A DNA stretch of 64,000 bases from Eledone cirrhosa (Eukaryota), in contig OZ024743.1 of the NCBI GenBank assembly GCA_964016885.1, positions 208,816,001 to 208,880,000 on the forward strand, written 5' to 3'. The first letter of the stretch is position 1; every line of letters starts with the position of its first letter. The position numbers and the translations under genes were made by a program. Positions 14,800 through 30,800 of the stretch are shown piece after piece. Under the pieces are notes generated by a model. The model was not told where the DNA came from. It saw only the letters and a program-made list of their open reading frames with translations, and did no database searches.

Positions 14800-17700
14800 C
14801 CTATAGCCACACATGTAAGCTCTTCACTCCATAAGATATACCACAGTTTACCATCCTATAGCCACACATGAAAGCTCTTCACTCCATGAGATATACCACA
14901 GTTTAACATCCTATCGCCACAGATGAAAGCTCTTCACTCCATAAGATATACCACAGTTTACCATCCTATAGCCAGATGAAAGCTCTTCACTCCATAAGAT
15001 ATACCACAGTTTACCATCCTATAGCCACAAATGACAGCTCTTCACTCCATAAGATATACCACAGTTTACCATCCTATAGCCACGCCACGGATGAAAGCTC
15101 TTCACTCCATAAGATATACCACAGTTTACCATCCTATAGCCACAGATAAAAGCTCTTCACTCCATAAGATATACCACAGTTTACCATCCTATAGTCACAC
15201 ATGAAAGCTCTTCACTCCTTAAGATATACCACAGTTTACCATCCTATAGCCACAGATGAAAGCTGTTCACTCCATAAGATATACCACAATTTAACATCCT
15301 ATAGCCACACATGAGAGCTCTTCACTCCATAAGATATACCACAGCTTACCATCCTATAGCCACACATGAAAGCTCTTCACTCCATAAGATATACCACAGT
15401 TTACCATCCTATAGCCAGATGAAAGCTTTTCACTCTATAAGATATACCACAGTTTACAATCCTATAGCCACACATGAAAGATCTTCACTCCATAAGATAT
15501 ACCACAGTTCACCATCCTATAGCCACACATGAAAGCTCTTCACTCCATAAGATATACCACAGTTTACCATCCTATAGCCACAGATGAAAGCTCTTCACTC
15601 CATAAGATATACCACAGTTTACCATCCTATAGTCACACATGAAAGCTCTTCACTCCTTAAGATATACCACAGTCTGCCATCCTATAGCCAGATGAAAGCT
15701 CTCCACTCCATAAGATATACCACATTTTACCATCCTATAGCCACAGATGAAAGCTCTTCACTCCATAAGATATACCACAGTTTAACATCCTATAGCCACA
15801 GATGAAAGCTGTTCACTCCATAAGATATACCACAGTTTACCATCCTATAGCCACACATGAAAGCTCTTCACTCCATAAGATATACCACAGTTTACCATCC
15901 TATAGCCACATATGAAAGCTCTTCACTCCATAAGATATACCACAGTTTACCATCCTATAGCCACACATGAGAGCTCTTCACTCCATAAGATATACCACAG
16001 TTTACCATCCTATAGCCACACATGAAAGCTCTTCACTCCATAAGATATACCACAGTTTCGAGTCCTATAGCCACAGATGAAAGCTCTTCACTCCATAAGA
16101 TATACCACAGTTTACCATCCTATAGCCACACATGAAAGCTCTTCACTCCATAAGATATACCACAGTTTACCATCCTATAGCCAGATGAAAGTTCTTCACT
16201 CCATAAGATATACCACAGTTTACCATCCTATAGCCACACATGAAAGCGCTTCACTCCATAAGATATACCACAGTTTACCATCCTATAGCCACAGATGAAA
16301 GCTCTTCACTCCATAAGATATACCACAGTTTACCATCCTATAGCCAGATGAAAGCTCTTCACTCCATAAGATATACCACAGTATACCATCCTATAGCCAC
16401 GCATGAAAGCTCTTCACTCCATAAGATATACCACAGTTTACCATCCTATAGCCACACATGAAATCTCTTCACTCCATAAGATATACCACAGTTTACCATC
16501 CTATAGCCACAGATGAAAGCTCTTCACTCCATAAGATATACCACAGTTTACGATCCTATAGCCACAGATGAAAGCTCTTCACTCCATAACATATGCCACA
16601 GTTTACCATCATATAGCCACACATGAAAGCTCTTCACTCCAAAAGATATACCACAGCTTACCATCCTATAGCCACACATGAAAGCTCTTCACTCCATAAG
16701 ATATACCACAGTTTACCATCCTATAGCCAGATGAAAGCTTTTCACTCTATAAGATATACCACAGTTTACAATCCTATAGCCACACATGAAAGATCTTCAC
16801 TCCATAAGATATACCACAGTTCACCATCCTATAGCCACACATGAAAGCTCTTCACTCCATAAGATATACCACAGTTTACCATCCTATAGCCATAGATGAA
16901 AGCTCTTCACTCCATAAGATATACCTCAGTTTACCATCCTATAGTCACACATGAAAGCTCTTCACTCCACAAGATATACCACAGTTTACCATCCTATGGC
17001 CACAGATGAAAGCACTTCACTCCATAAGATATACCACAGTTTACCATCCTATAGCCACACATGAAAGCTCTTCATTCCATAAGATATACCACAGTTTACC
17101 ATCCTATAGCCACACATGTAAGCTCTTCACTCCATAAGATATACCACAGTTTACCATCCTATAGCCACACATGAAAGCTCTTCACTCCATGAGATATACC
17201 ACAGTTTAACATCCTATCGCCACAGATGAAAGCTCTTCACTCCATAAGATATACCACAGTTTACCATCCTATAGCCAGATGAAAGCTCTTCACTCCATAA
17301 GATATACCAGAGTTTACCATCCTATAGCCACAAATGAAAGCTCTTCACTCCATAAGATATACCACAGTTTACCATCCTATAGCCACGCCACGGATGAAAG
17401 CTCTTCACTCCATAAGATATACCACAGTTTACCATCCTATAGCCACAGATAAAAGCTCTTCACTCCATAAGATATACCACAGTTTACCATCCTATAGCCA
17501 CAGATGAAAGCTGTTCACTCCATAAGATATACCACAATTTAACATCCTATAGCCACACATGAGAGCTCTTCACTCCATAAGATATACCACAGCTTACCAT
17601 CCTATAGCCACACATGAAAGCTCTTCACTCCATAAGATATACCACAGTTTACCATCCTATAGCCAGATGAAAGCTTTTCACTCTATAAGATATACCACAG

Positions 17701-17850
17701 TTTACAATCCTATAGCCACACATGAAAGATCTTCACTCCATAAGATATACCACAGTTCACCATCCTATAGCCACACATGAAAGCTCTTCACTCCATAAGA
17801 TATACCACAGTTTACCATCCTATAGCCACAGATGAAAGCTCTTCACTCCA
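14800..17850. repeat. Repeated block about 14.8-15.55 kb versus 17.1-17.8 kb (offset 2303, then 2248)
   Basis: ACATGTAAG at 14811/17114, the 60-bp monomer at 15079/17382, CACAGATAAAAG in both copies, and identical ORFs at 15311/17559. Confidence 0.8.
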
Positions 17851-20800
17851 TAAGATATACCACAGTTTACCATCCTATAGTCACACATGAAAGCTCTTCA
17901 CTCCACAAGATATACCACAGTTTACCATCCTATGGCCACAGATGAAAGCACTTCACTCCATAAGATATACCACAGTTTACCATCCTATAGCCACACATGA
18001 AAGCTCTTCACTCCATCAGATATACCACAGTTTACCATCCTATAGCCACAGATGAAAGCTCTTCACTCCATAAGATATACCACAGTTTACCATCCTATAG
18101 CCACACATGAAAGCTCTTCACTCCATAAGATATACCACAGTTTACCATCCTATAGCCAGATGAAAGTTCTTCACTCCATAAGATATACCACAGTTTACCA
18201 TCCTATAGCCACGCATGAAAGCTCTTCACTCCATAAGATATACCACAGTTTACCATCCTATAGCCACACATGAAAGCTCTTCACTCCATAAGATATATCA
18301 CAGTTTACCATCCTATAGCCACAGATGAAAGCTCTTCACTCCATAAGATATACCACAGTTTACCATCCTATAGACACACATGAGAGCTCTTCACTCCATA
18401 ACATATACCACAGTTTACCATCCTATAGACACACATGACAGCTCTTCACTCCATAAGATATACCACAGTTTACCATCCTATAGCCAGACATGAGAGCTCT
18501 TCACTCCATAAGATATACCACAGTTTACCATCCTATAGCCACAGATGAAAGCTCTTCACGCCATAAGATATACCACAGTTTACCATCCTATAGCCACACA
18601 TGAAAGCTCTTCACTCCATAAGATATACCACAGTTTACCATCCTATAGCCACAGATGAAAGCTCTTCACTCCATAAGATATACCACAGTTTACCATCCTA
18701 TAGCCAGATGAAAGCTCTTCACTCCATAAGATATACCACAGTTTACCATCCTATAGCCACGCATGAAAGCTCTTCACTCCATAAGATATACCACAGTTTA
18801 CCATCCTATAGCCACACATGAAATCTCTTCACTCCATAAGATATACCACAGTTTACCATCCTATAGCCATAGATGAAAGCTCTTCACTCCATAAGATATA
18901 CCACAGTTTACGATCCTATAGCCACAGATGAAAGCTCTCCACTCCATAACATATACCACAGTTTACCATCCTATAGCCACACATGAGAGCTCTTCACTCC
19001 ATAAGATATACCACAGCTTACCATCCTATAGCCACACATGAAAGCTCTTCACTCCATAAGATATATCACAGTTTACCATCCTATAGCCAGATGAAAGCTT
19101 TTCACTCCATAAGATATACCACAGTTTACCATCCTATAGCCACACATGAAAGATCTTCACTCCATAAGATATACCACAGTTCACCATCCTATAGCCACAC
19201 ATGAAAGCTCTTCACTCCATAAGATATACCACAGTTTACCATCCTATGGCCACAGATGAAAGCTCTTCACTCCATAAGATATACCACAGTTTACCATCCT
19301 ATAGCCACACATGAAAGCTCTTCACTCCATAAGATATAACACAGTTTTCCATCCTATAGCCACACATGAATGCTCTTCACTCCATAAGATATACCACAGT
19401 TTACCATCCTATGGCTAGAGATGAAAGCTCTTCACTCTATAGGATATACCACAGTTTACCATCCTATAGCCACACATGAAAGCTCTTCACTCCATAAGTT
19501 ATACCACAGTTTACCATCCTATAGCTACACATGAAAGCTCTTCACTCCATGAGATATACCACAGTTTAACATCCTATCGCCACAGATGAAAGCTCTTCAC
19601 TCCATAAGATATACCACAGTTTACCATCCTATAGCCAGATGAAAGCTCTTCACTCCATAAGATATACCACAGTTTACCATCCTATAGCCACAGATGAAAG
19701 CTCTTCACTCCATAAGATATACCACAGTTTACCATCCTATAGTCACACATGAAAGCTCTTCACTCCTTAAGATATACCACAGTTTACCATCCTATAGCCA
19801 GATGAAAGCTCTTCACTCCATAAGATATACCACAGTTTACCATCCTATAGCCACAGATGAAAGCTCTTCACTCCTAAAAGATATACCACAGTTTAACATC
19901 CTATAGCCACAGATGAAAGCTGTTCACTCCATAAGATATACCACAGTTTACCATCCTATAGCCAGATGAAAGATCTTCACTCCATAAGATATACCACAGT
20001 TTACCATCCTATAGCCACACATGAAAGATCTTCACTCCATAAGATATACCACAGTTCACCATCCTATAGCCACACATGAAAGCTCTTCACTCCATAAGAT
20101 ATACCACAGTTTACCATCCTATGGCCACAGATGAAAGCTCTTCACTCCATAAGATATACCACAGTTTACCATCCTATAGCCACACATGAAAGCTCTTCAC
20201 TCCATAAGATATAACACAGTTTTCCATCCTATAGCCACACATGAAAGCTCATCACTCCATAAGATATACCACAGTTTACCATCCTATGGCTAGAGATGAA
20301 AGCTCTTCACTCTATAGGATATACCACAGTTTACCATCCTATAGCCACACATGAAAGCTCTTCACTCCATAAGTTATACCACAGTTTAACATCCTATCGC
20401 CACAGATGAAAGCTCTTCACTCCATAAGATATACCACAGTTTACCATCCTATAGCCACACATGGAAGCTCTTCACTCCATGAGATATACCACAGTTTACC
20501 ATCCTATAGCCACACATGAAAGCACTTCACCCCATAAGATATACCACAGTTTACCATCCTATAGCCAGATGAAAGATCTTCACTCCATAATATATACCAC
20601 AGTTTACCATCCTATAGCCACAAATGAAAGCTCTTCAATCCATGAGATATACCAAAGTTTACCATCCTATAGCCAGATGAAAGCTCTTCACTCCATAAGA
20701 TATACCACAGTTTACCATCCTATAGCCAGATGAAAGTTCTTCACTCCATAAGATATACCATAGTTTACCATCCTATAGCCAGATGAAAGCTCTTCACTCC

Positions 20801-23089
20801 ATAAGATATACCACAGTTTACCATCCTATAGCCACACATGAAAGCTCTTCACTCCATAAGATATACCACAGTTTACCATCCTATAGCCACAGATGAAAGC
20901 TCTTCACTCCATAAGATATACCACAGTTTACCATCCTATAGCCACACATGAAAGCTCTTCACTCCATAAGATATACCAGAGTTTACCATCCTATAGCCAG
21001 ATGAAAGTTCTTCACTCCATAAGATATACCACAGTCAACCATCCTATAGCCACACATGAAAGCTCTTCACTCCATAAGATATACCACAGTTTACCATCCT
21101 ATAGCCACAGATGAAAGCTCTTCACTCCATAAGATATACCACAGTTTACCATCCTATAGCCAGATGAAAGCTCTTCACTCTTCACTCCATAAGATATACC
21201 ACAGTTTACCATCCTATAGCCACACATGAAATTTCTTCACTCCATAACATATACAACAGTTTACCATTCTATAGCCTCAGATGAAAGCTCTTCACTCCAT
21301 AAGATATACCACAGTTTACCATCCTATAGCCAGATGAAAGCTCTTCACTCCATAAGATATACCACAGTTTACCATCCTATAGCCACACATGAAAGCTCTT
21401 CACTCCATAAGATATACCACAGTTTACCATCCTATGGCCACACATGAAAGCTCTTCACTCCATAAGATATAACACAGTTTACCATCCTATAGCCACAGAT
21501 GAAAGTTCTTCACTCCATAAGATATACCAAAGTTTACCGTCCTATAGCCAGATGAAAGTTCTTCACTCCATAAAATATACCACAGTTTACCATCCTATAG
21601 CCAGATGAAAGCTCTTCACTCCATAAGATATACCACAGTTTACCATCCTATAGCCACAGATGAAAGTTCTTCACTCCATAAGATATACCACAGTTTACCA
21701 TCCTATAGCCACAGATGAAAGCTCTTCACTCCATAAGATATACCACAGTTTACCATCCTATAGCCACACATGAGAGCTCTTCACTCCATAAGATATACCG
21801 CAGTTTACCATCCTATAGCCATACATGAAAGCTCTTCACTCCATAAGATATACCACAGTTTACCATCCTATAGCCACAGATGAAAGCTCTTCACTCCATA
21901 AGATATACCACAGTTTACCATCCTATAGCCACACATGAAAGCTCTTCACTCCATAATATATACCACAGTCTACCATCCTATAGCCAGATGAAAGCTCTTC
22001 ACTCCATAAGATATACCACAGTTTACCATCCTATAGCCACGTATGAAAGCTCTTCACTCCATAAGATATACCACAGTTTACCATCCTATAGCCACAGATG
22101 AAAGCTCTTCACTCCATAAGATATACCACAGTTTACCATCCTATAGACAGACATGAGAGCTCTTCACTCCATAACATATACCACAGTTTACCATCCTATA
22201 GACACACACGAGAGCTCTTCACTCCATAAGATATACCACAGTTTACCATCCTGTAGCCACACATGAGAGCTCTTCACTCCATAAGATATACCACAGTTTA
22301 CCATCCTATAGCCACACATGAAAGCTCTTCACTCCATAAGATATACCACAGTTTCCAGTTTTATAGCTACAGATGAAAGCTCTTCACTCCATAAAATATA
22401 CCACAGTTTACCATCCTATAGCCACACATGAAAGCTCTTCACTCCATAAGATATACCACAGTTTACCATCCTATAGCCACAGATGAAAGCTCTTCACTCC
22501 ATAAGATATACCACAGTTTACCATCCTATAGCCAGATGAAAGCTCTTCACTCCATAAGATATACCACAGTTTACCATCCTATAGCCACGCATGAAAGCTC
22601 TTCACTCCATAAGATATACCACAGTTTACCATCCTATAGCCACACATGAAATCTCTTCACTCCATAAGATATACCACAGTTTACCATCCTATAGCCACAG
22701 ATGAAAGCTCTTCACTCCATAAGGTATACCACAGTTTACGATCCTATAGCCACAGATAAAAGCTCTTCACTCCATATCATATACCACATTTTACCATCCT
22801 ATAGCCACACATGAGAGCTCTTCATTCCATAAGATATACCACAGCTTACCATCCTATAGCCACACATGAAAGCTCTTCACTCCATAAGATATACCACAGT
22901 TTACCATCCTATAGCCAGATGAAAGCTTTTCACTCCATAAGATATACCACAGTTTACCATCCTATAGCCACACATGAAAGATCTTCACTCCATAAGATAT
23001 ACCACAGTTCACCATCCCATAGCCACACATGAAAGCTCTTCACTCCATAAGATATACCACAGTTTACCATCCTATAGCCACAGATGAAA

Positions 23090-26000
23090 GCTCTTCACTC
23101 CATAAGATATACCTCAGTTTACCATCCTATAGTCACACATGATAGCTCTTAACTCCATAAGATATACCACAGTTTACCATCCTATGGCCACAGATGAAAG
23201 CTCTTCACACCATAAGATATACCACAGTTTACCATCCTATAGCCACAGATGAAAGCTGTTCACTCCATAAAATATACCACAATTTACCATCCTATAGCCA
23301 CACATGAAAGCTCTTCACTCCATAAGATATACCACAGTTTACCATCCTATAGCCTTACATGGAAGCTCTTCACTCCATGAGATATACCACAGTTTACCAT
23401 CCTATAGCCACAAATGAAAGCTCTTCAATCCATAAGATATACCAAAGTTTACCATCCTATAGCCAGATGAAAGGTCTTCACTCCATAGGATATACCACAG
23501 TTTACCATCCTATAGCCAGATGAAAGTTCTTCACTCCATAAGATATACCATAGTTTACCATCCTATAGCCAGATGAAAGCTCTTCACTCCATAAGATATA
23601 CCACAGTCTACCATCCTATAGCCACACATGAAAGCTCTTCACTCCATAAGATATACCACAGTTTACCATCCTATAGCCACAGATGAAAGCTCTTCACTCC
23701 ATAAGATATACCACAGTTTACCATCCTATAGCCACACATGAAAGCTCTTCACTCCATAAGATATACCAGAGTTTACCATCCTATAGCCAGATGAAAGTTC
23801 TTCACTCCATAAGATATACCACAGTCAACCATCCTATAGCCACACATGAAAGCTCTTCACTCCATAAGATATACCACAGTTTACCATCCTATAGCCACAG
23901 ATGAAAGCTCTTCACTCCATAAGATATACCACAGTTTACCATCCTATAGCCACGCATGAAAGCTCTTCACTCCATAAGATATACCACAGTTTACCATCCT
24001 ATAGCCACTCATGAAAGCTCTTCACTCCATAAGATATACCACAGTTTACCATCCTATAGCCACAGATGAAAGCTCTTCACTCCATAAGATATACCACAGT
24101 TTACCATCCTATAGACACAGATGAAAGCTCTTCACTCCATAAGATATACCACAGTTTACCATCCTATAGCCACACATGAAAGCTCTTCACTCCATAAGAT
24201 ATACCACGGTTTACCATCCTATAGCCACAGATGAAAGCTCTTCACTCCATAAGATATACCACAGTTTACCATCCTATGGCTAGAGATGAAAGCTCTTCAC
24301 TCTATAGGATATACCACAGTTTACCATCCAATAGCCACACATGAAAGCTCTTCACTCCATAAGTCATACCACAGTTTACCATCATATAGCCACACATGAG
24401 AGCTCTTCACTCCATTAATATACCACAGTTTACCATCCTATAGCCACACATGAACGCTCTTCACTCCATGAGATATACCACAGTTTAACATCCTATCGCC
24501 ACAGATGAAAGCTCTTCACTCCATAAGATATACCACAGTTTACCATCCTATAGTCAGATGAAAGCTCTTCACTCCATAAGATATACCACAGTTTACCATC
24601 CTATAGCCACAGATGAAAGCTCTTCACTCCATAAGATATACCACAGTTTAACATCCTATAGCCACAGATGAAACTGTTCACTCCATAAGATATACCACAG
24701 TTTACCATCCTATAGCCACACATGAAAGCTCTTCACTCCATAAGATATACCACAGTTTACCATCCTATAGCCACATATGGAAGCTCTTCACTCCATGAGA
24801 TATACCACAGTTTACAATCCTATAGCCACACATGAAAGCTCTTCACCCCATAAGATATACCACAGTTTACCATCCTATAGCCAGATGAAAGCTCTTCACT
24901 CCATAAGATATACCACAGTTTACCATCCTATAGCCACAAATGAAAGCTCTTCACTCCATAAGATATAGCAAAGTTCACCATCCTATAGCCAGATGAAAGC
25001 TCTTCACTCCATAAGATATACAACAGTTTACCATCCTATAGCCAGATGAAAGTTCTTCACTCCATAAGATATAACACAGTTTACCATCCTATAGCCACAG
25101 ATGAAAGTTCTTCACTCCATAAGATATACCACAGTTTACCATCCTATAGCCACAGATGAAAGCTCTTCACTCCATAAGATATACCACAGTTTACCATCCT
25201 ATAGCCACACATGAGAGCTCTTCACTCCATAAGATATACCACAGTTTACCATCCTATAGCCACACATGAAAGCTCTTCACTCCATAAGATATACCACAGT
25301 TTACCATCCTATAGCCACAGATGAAAGCTCTTTAGTCCATAAGATATACCACAGTTTACCATCCTATAGCCACACATGAAAGCTCTTCACTCCATAAGAT
25401 ATACCTCAGTTTACCATCCTATAGTCACACATGATAGCTCTTAACTCCATAAGATATACCACAGTTTACCATCCTATGGCCACAGATGAAAGCTCTTCAC
25501 ACCATAAGATATACCACAGTTTACCATCCTATAGCCACAGATGAAAGCTGTTCACTCCATAAAATATACCACAATTTACCATCCTATAGCCACACATGAA
25601 AGCTCTTCACTCCATAAGATATACCACAGTTTACCATCCTATAGCCTTACATGGAAGCTCTTCACTCCATGAGATATACCACAGTTTACCATCCTATAGC
25701 CACAAATGAAAGCTCTTCAATCCATAAGATATACCAAAGTTTACCATCCTATAGCCAGATGAAAGGTCTTCACTCCATAGGATATACCACAGTTTACCAT
25801 CCTATAGCCAGATGAAAGTTCTTCACTCCATAAGATATACCATAGTTTACCATCCTATAGCCAGATGAAAGCTCTTCACTCCATAAGATATACCACAGTC
25901 TACCATCCTATAGCCACACATGAAAGCTCTTCACTCCATAAGATATACCACAGTTTACCATCCTATAGCCACAGATGAAAGCTCTTCACTCCATAAGATA

Positions 26001-27680
26001 TACCACAGTTTACCATCCTATAGCCACACATGAAAGCTCTTCACTCCATAAGATATACCAGAGTTTACCATCCTATAGCCAGATGAAAGTTCTTCACTCC
26101 ATAAGATATACCACAGTCAACCATCCTATAGCCACACATGAAAGCTCTTCACTCCATAAGATATACCACAGTTTACCATCCTATAGCCACAGATGAAAGC
26201 TCTTCACTCCATAAGATATACCACAGTTTACCATCCTATAGCCACGCATGAAAGCTCTTCACTCCATAAGATATACCACAGTTTACCATCCTATAGCCAC
26301 TCATGAAAGCTCTTCACTCCATAAGATATACCACAGTTTACCATCCTATAGCCACAGATGAAAGCTCTTCACTCCATAAGATATACCACAGTTTACCATC
26401 CTATAGACACAGATGAAAGCTCTTCACTCCATAAGATATACCACAGTTTACCATCCTATAGCCACACATGAAAGCTCTTCACTCCATAAGATATACCACG
26501 GTTTACCATCCTATAGCCACAGATGAAAGCTCTTCACTCCATAAGATATACCACAGTTTACCATCCTATGGCTAGAGATGAAAGCTCTTCACTCTATAGG
26601 ATATACCACAGTTTACCATCCAATAGCCACACATGAAAGCTCTTCACTCCATAAGTCATACCACAGTTTACCATCATATAGCCACACATGAGAGCTCTTC
26701 ACTCCATTAATATACCACAGTTTACCATCCTATAGCCACACATGAAAGCTCTTCACTCCATGAGATATACCACAGTTTAACATCCTATCGCCACAGATGA
26801 AAGCTCTTCACTCCATAAGATATACCACAGTTTACCATCCTATAGTCAGATGAAAGCTCTTCACTCCATAAGATATACCACAGTTTACCATCCTATAGCC
26901 ACAGATGAAAGCTCTTCACTCCATAAGATATACCACAGTTTAACATCCTATAGCCACAGATGAAACTGTTCACTCCATAAGATATACCACAGTTTACCAT
27001 CCTATAGCCACACATGAAAGCTCTTCACTCCATAAGATATACCACAGTTTACCATCCTATAGCCACATATGGAAGCTCTTCACTCCATGAGATATACCAC
27101 AGTTTACAATCCTATAGCCACACATGAAAGCTCTTCACCCCATAAGATATACCACAGTTTACCATCCTATAGCCAGATGAAAGCTCTTCACTCCATAAGA
27201 TATACCACAGTTTACCATCCTATAGCCACAAATGAAAGCTCTTCACTCCATAAGATATAGCAAAGTTTACCATCCTATAGCCAGATGAAAGCTCTTCACT
27301 CCATAAGATATACAACAGTTTACCATCCTATAGCCAGATGAAAGTTCTTCACTCCATAAGATATAACACAGTTTACCATCCTATAGCCACAGATGAAAGT
27401 TCTTCACTCCATAAGATATACCACAGTTTACCATCCTATAGCCACAGATGAAAGCTCTTCACTCCATAAGATATACCACAGTTTACCATCCTATAGCCAC
27501 ACATGAGAGCTCTTCACTACATAAGATATACCACAGTTTACCATCCTATAGCCACACATGAAAGCTCTTCACTCCATAAGATATACCACAGTTTACCATC
27601 CTATAGCCACAGATGAAAGCTCTTTAGTCCATAAGATATACCACAGTTTACCATCCTATAGCCACACATGAAAGCTCTTC
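23090..27680. repeat. Near-identical tandem duplication, period 2292 bp, junction near 25380
   Basis: ACCTCAG...GATAGCTCTTAAC at 23111/25403, GGCTAGAG at 24278/26570, TTTAGTCC at 25331/27623, and ORF pairs 23683/25975 and 24777/27069, all at offset 2292. Confidence 0.93.
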
Positions 27681-27899
27681 ACTCCATAAGATATACCACA
27701 GTTTACCATCCTATAGCCACACATGAAAGCTCTTCACTCCATAAGATATACCACAGTTTACCATCGTATAGCCACAGATGAAAGCTCTTCACTCCATAAG
27801 ATATACCACAGTTTACCATCCTATAGACACACATGAGAGCTCTTCACTCCATAACATATACCACAGTTTACCATCCTATAGACACACATGACAGCTCTT

Positions 27900-30800
27900 C
27901 ACTCCATAAGATATAACACAGTTTACCATCCTATAGCCAGATGAAAGCTCTTCACTCCATAAGATATACCACAGTTTACCATCCTATAGCCACGCATGAA
28001 AGCTCTTCACTCCATAAGATATACCACCGTTTACCATCCTATAGCCACACATGAAATCTCTTCACTCCATAAGATATACCACAGTTTACCATCCTATAGC
28101 CACAGATGAAAGCTCTTCACTCCATAAGATATACCACAGTTTACGATCCTATAGCCACAGATGAAAGCTCTCCACTCCATAACATATACCACAGTTTACC
28201 ATCCTATAGCCACACATGAGAGCTCTTCACTCCATAAGATATACCACAGCTTACCATCCTATAGCCACACATGAAAGCTCTTCACTCCATAAGATATACC
28301 ACAGTTTACCATCCTATAGCCAGATGAAAGCTTTTCACTCCATAAGATATACCACAGTTTACCATCCTATAGCCACACATGAAAGATCTTCACTCCATAA
28401 GATATACCACAGTTCACCATCCTATAGCCACACATGAAAGCTCTTCACTCCATAAGATATAACACAGTTTACCATCCTATGGCCACAGATGAAAGCTCTT
28501 CACTCCATAAGATATACCACAGTTTACCATCCTATAGCCACACATGAAAGCTCTTCACTCCATAAGATATAACACAGTTTTCCATCCTATAGCCACACAT
28601 GAAAGCTCTTCACTCCATAAGATATACCACAGTTTACCATCCTATGGCTAGAGATGAAAGCTCTCCACTCTATAGGATATACCACAGTTTACCATCCTAT
28701 AGCCACACATGAAAGCTCTTCACTCCATAAGTTATACCACAGTTTACCATCCTATAGCCACACATGAAAGCTCTTCACTCCATGAGATATACCACAGTTT
28801 AACATCCTATCGCCACAGATGAAAGCTCTTCACTCCATAAGATATACCACAGTTTACCATCATATAGCCACAGATGAAAGCTCTTCACTCCATAAGATAT
28901 ACCACAATTTACCATCCTATAGTCACACATGAAAGCTCTTCACTCCTTAAGATATACCACAGTTTACCATCCTATAGCCAGATGAAAGCTCTTCACTCCA
29001 TAAGATATACCACAGTTTACCATCCTATAGCCACAGATGAAAGCTCTTCACTCCTAAAAGATATACCACAGTTTAACATCCTATAGCCACAGATGAAAGC
29101 TGTTCACTCCATAAGATATACCACAATTTACCATCCTATAGCCACACATGAAAGCTCTTCACTCCATAAGATATACAACAGTTTACCATCCTATAGCCAC
29201 ACATGGACGCTCTTCACTCCATGAGATATACCAAAGTTTACCATCCTATAGCCACACATGAAAGCACTTCACCCCATAAGATATACCACAGTTTACCATC
29301 CTATAGCCAGATGAAAGATCTTCACTCCATAAGATATACCACAGTTTACCATCCTATAGCCACAAATGAAAGCTCTTCACTCCATAAGATATACCAAAGT
29401 TTACCATCCTATAGCCACACATGAAAGCTCTTCACTCCATAAGATATACCACAGTTTATCATCCTATAGCCACAGATGAAAGCTCTTCACTCCATAAGAT
29501 ATACCACAGTTTACCATCCTATAGCCAGATGAAAGCTCTTCACTCCATAAGATATACCACATTTTACCATCCTATTGCCACGCATGAAAGCTCTTCACTC
29601 CATAAGATATACCAGTTTACCATCCTATAGCCACACATGAAATCTCTTCACTCCATAAGATATACTACAGTTTACCATCCTATAGCCACACATGAGAGCT
29701 CTTCACTCCATAAGATATACCACAGTTTACCATCCTATAGCCACACATGAAAGCTCTTCACTCCATAAGATATACCACAGTTTACCATCCTATAGCCACA
29801 GATGAAAGCTCTTTAGTCCATAAGATATACCACAGTTTACCATCCTATAGCCACACATGAAAGCTCTTCACTCCATAAGATATACCACAGTTAACCATCC
29901 TATAGCCAGATGAAAGTTGTTCACTCCATAAGATATACCACAGTTTACCATCCTATAGCCACGCATGAAAGCTCTTCACTCCATAAGATATACCACAGTT
30001 TACCATCCTATAGCCACACATGAAAGCTCTTCACTCCATAAGATATACCACAGTTTACCATCGTATAGCCACAGATGAAAGCTCTTCACTCCATAAGATA
30101 TACCACAGTTTACCATCCTATAGACACACATGAGAGCTCTTCACTCCATAACATATACAACAGTTTACCATCCTATAGACACACATGACAGCTCTTCACT
30201 CCATAAGATATAACACAGTTTACCATCCTATAGCCACACATGAGAGCTCTTCACTCCATAAGATATACCACAGTTGACCATCCTATAGCCACACATGAAA
30301 GCTCTTCACTCCATAAGATATAGCACAGTTTCCAGTCCTATAGCCACAGATGAAAGCTCTTCACTCCATAAGATATACCACAGTTTACCATCCTATAGCC
30401 ACACATGAAAGCTCTTCACTCCATAAGATATACCACAGTTTACCATCCTATAGCCACAGATGAAAGCTCTTCACTCCATAAGATATACCACAGTTTACCA
30501 TCCTATATCCAGATGAAAGCTCTTCACTCCATAAGATATACCACAGTTTACCATCCTATAGCCACGCATGAAAGCTCTTCACTCCATAAGATATACCACC
30601 GTTTACCATCCTATAGCCACACATGAAATCTCTTCACTCCATAAGATATACCACAGTTTACCATCCTATAGCCACAGATGAAAGCTCTTCACTCCATAAG
30701 ATATACCACAGTTTACGATCCTATAGCCACAGATGAAAGCTCTCCACTCCATAACATATACCACAGTTTACCATCCTATAGCCACACATGAGAGCTCTTC

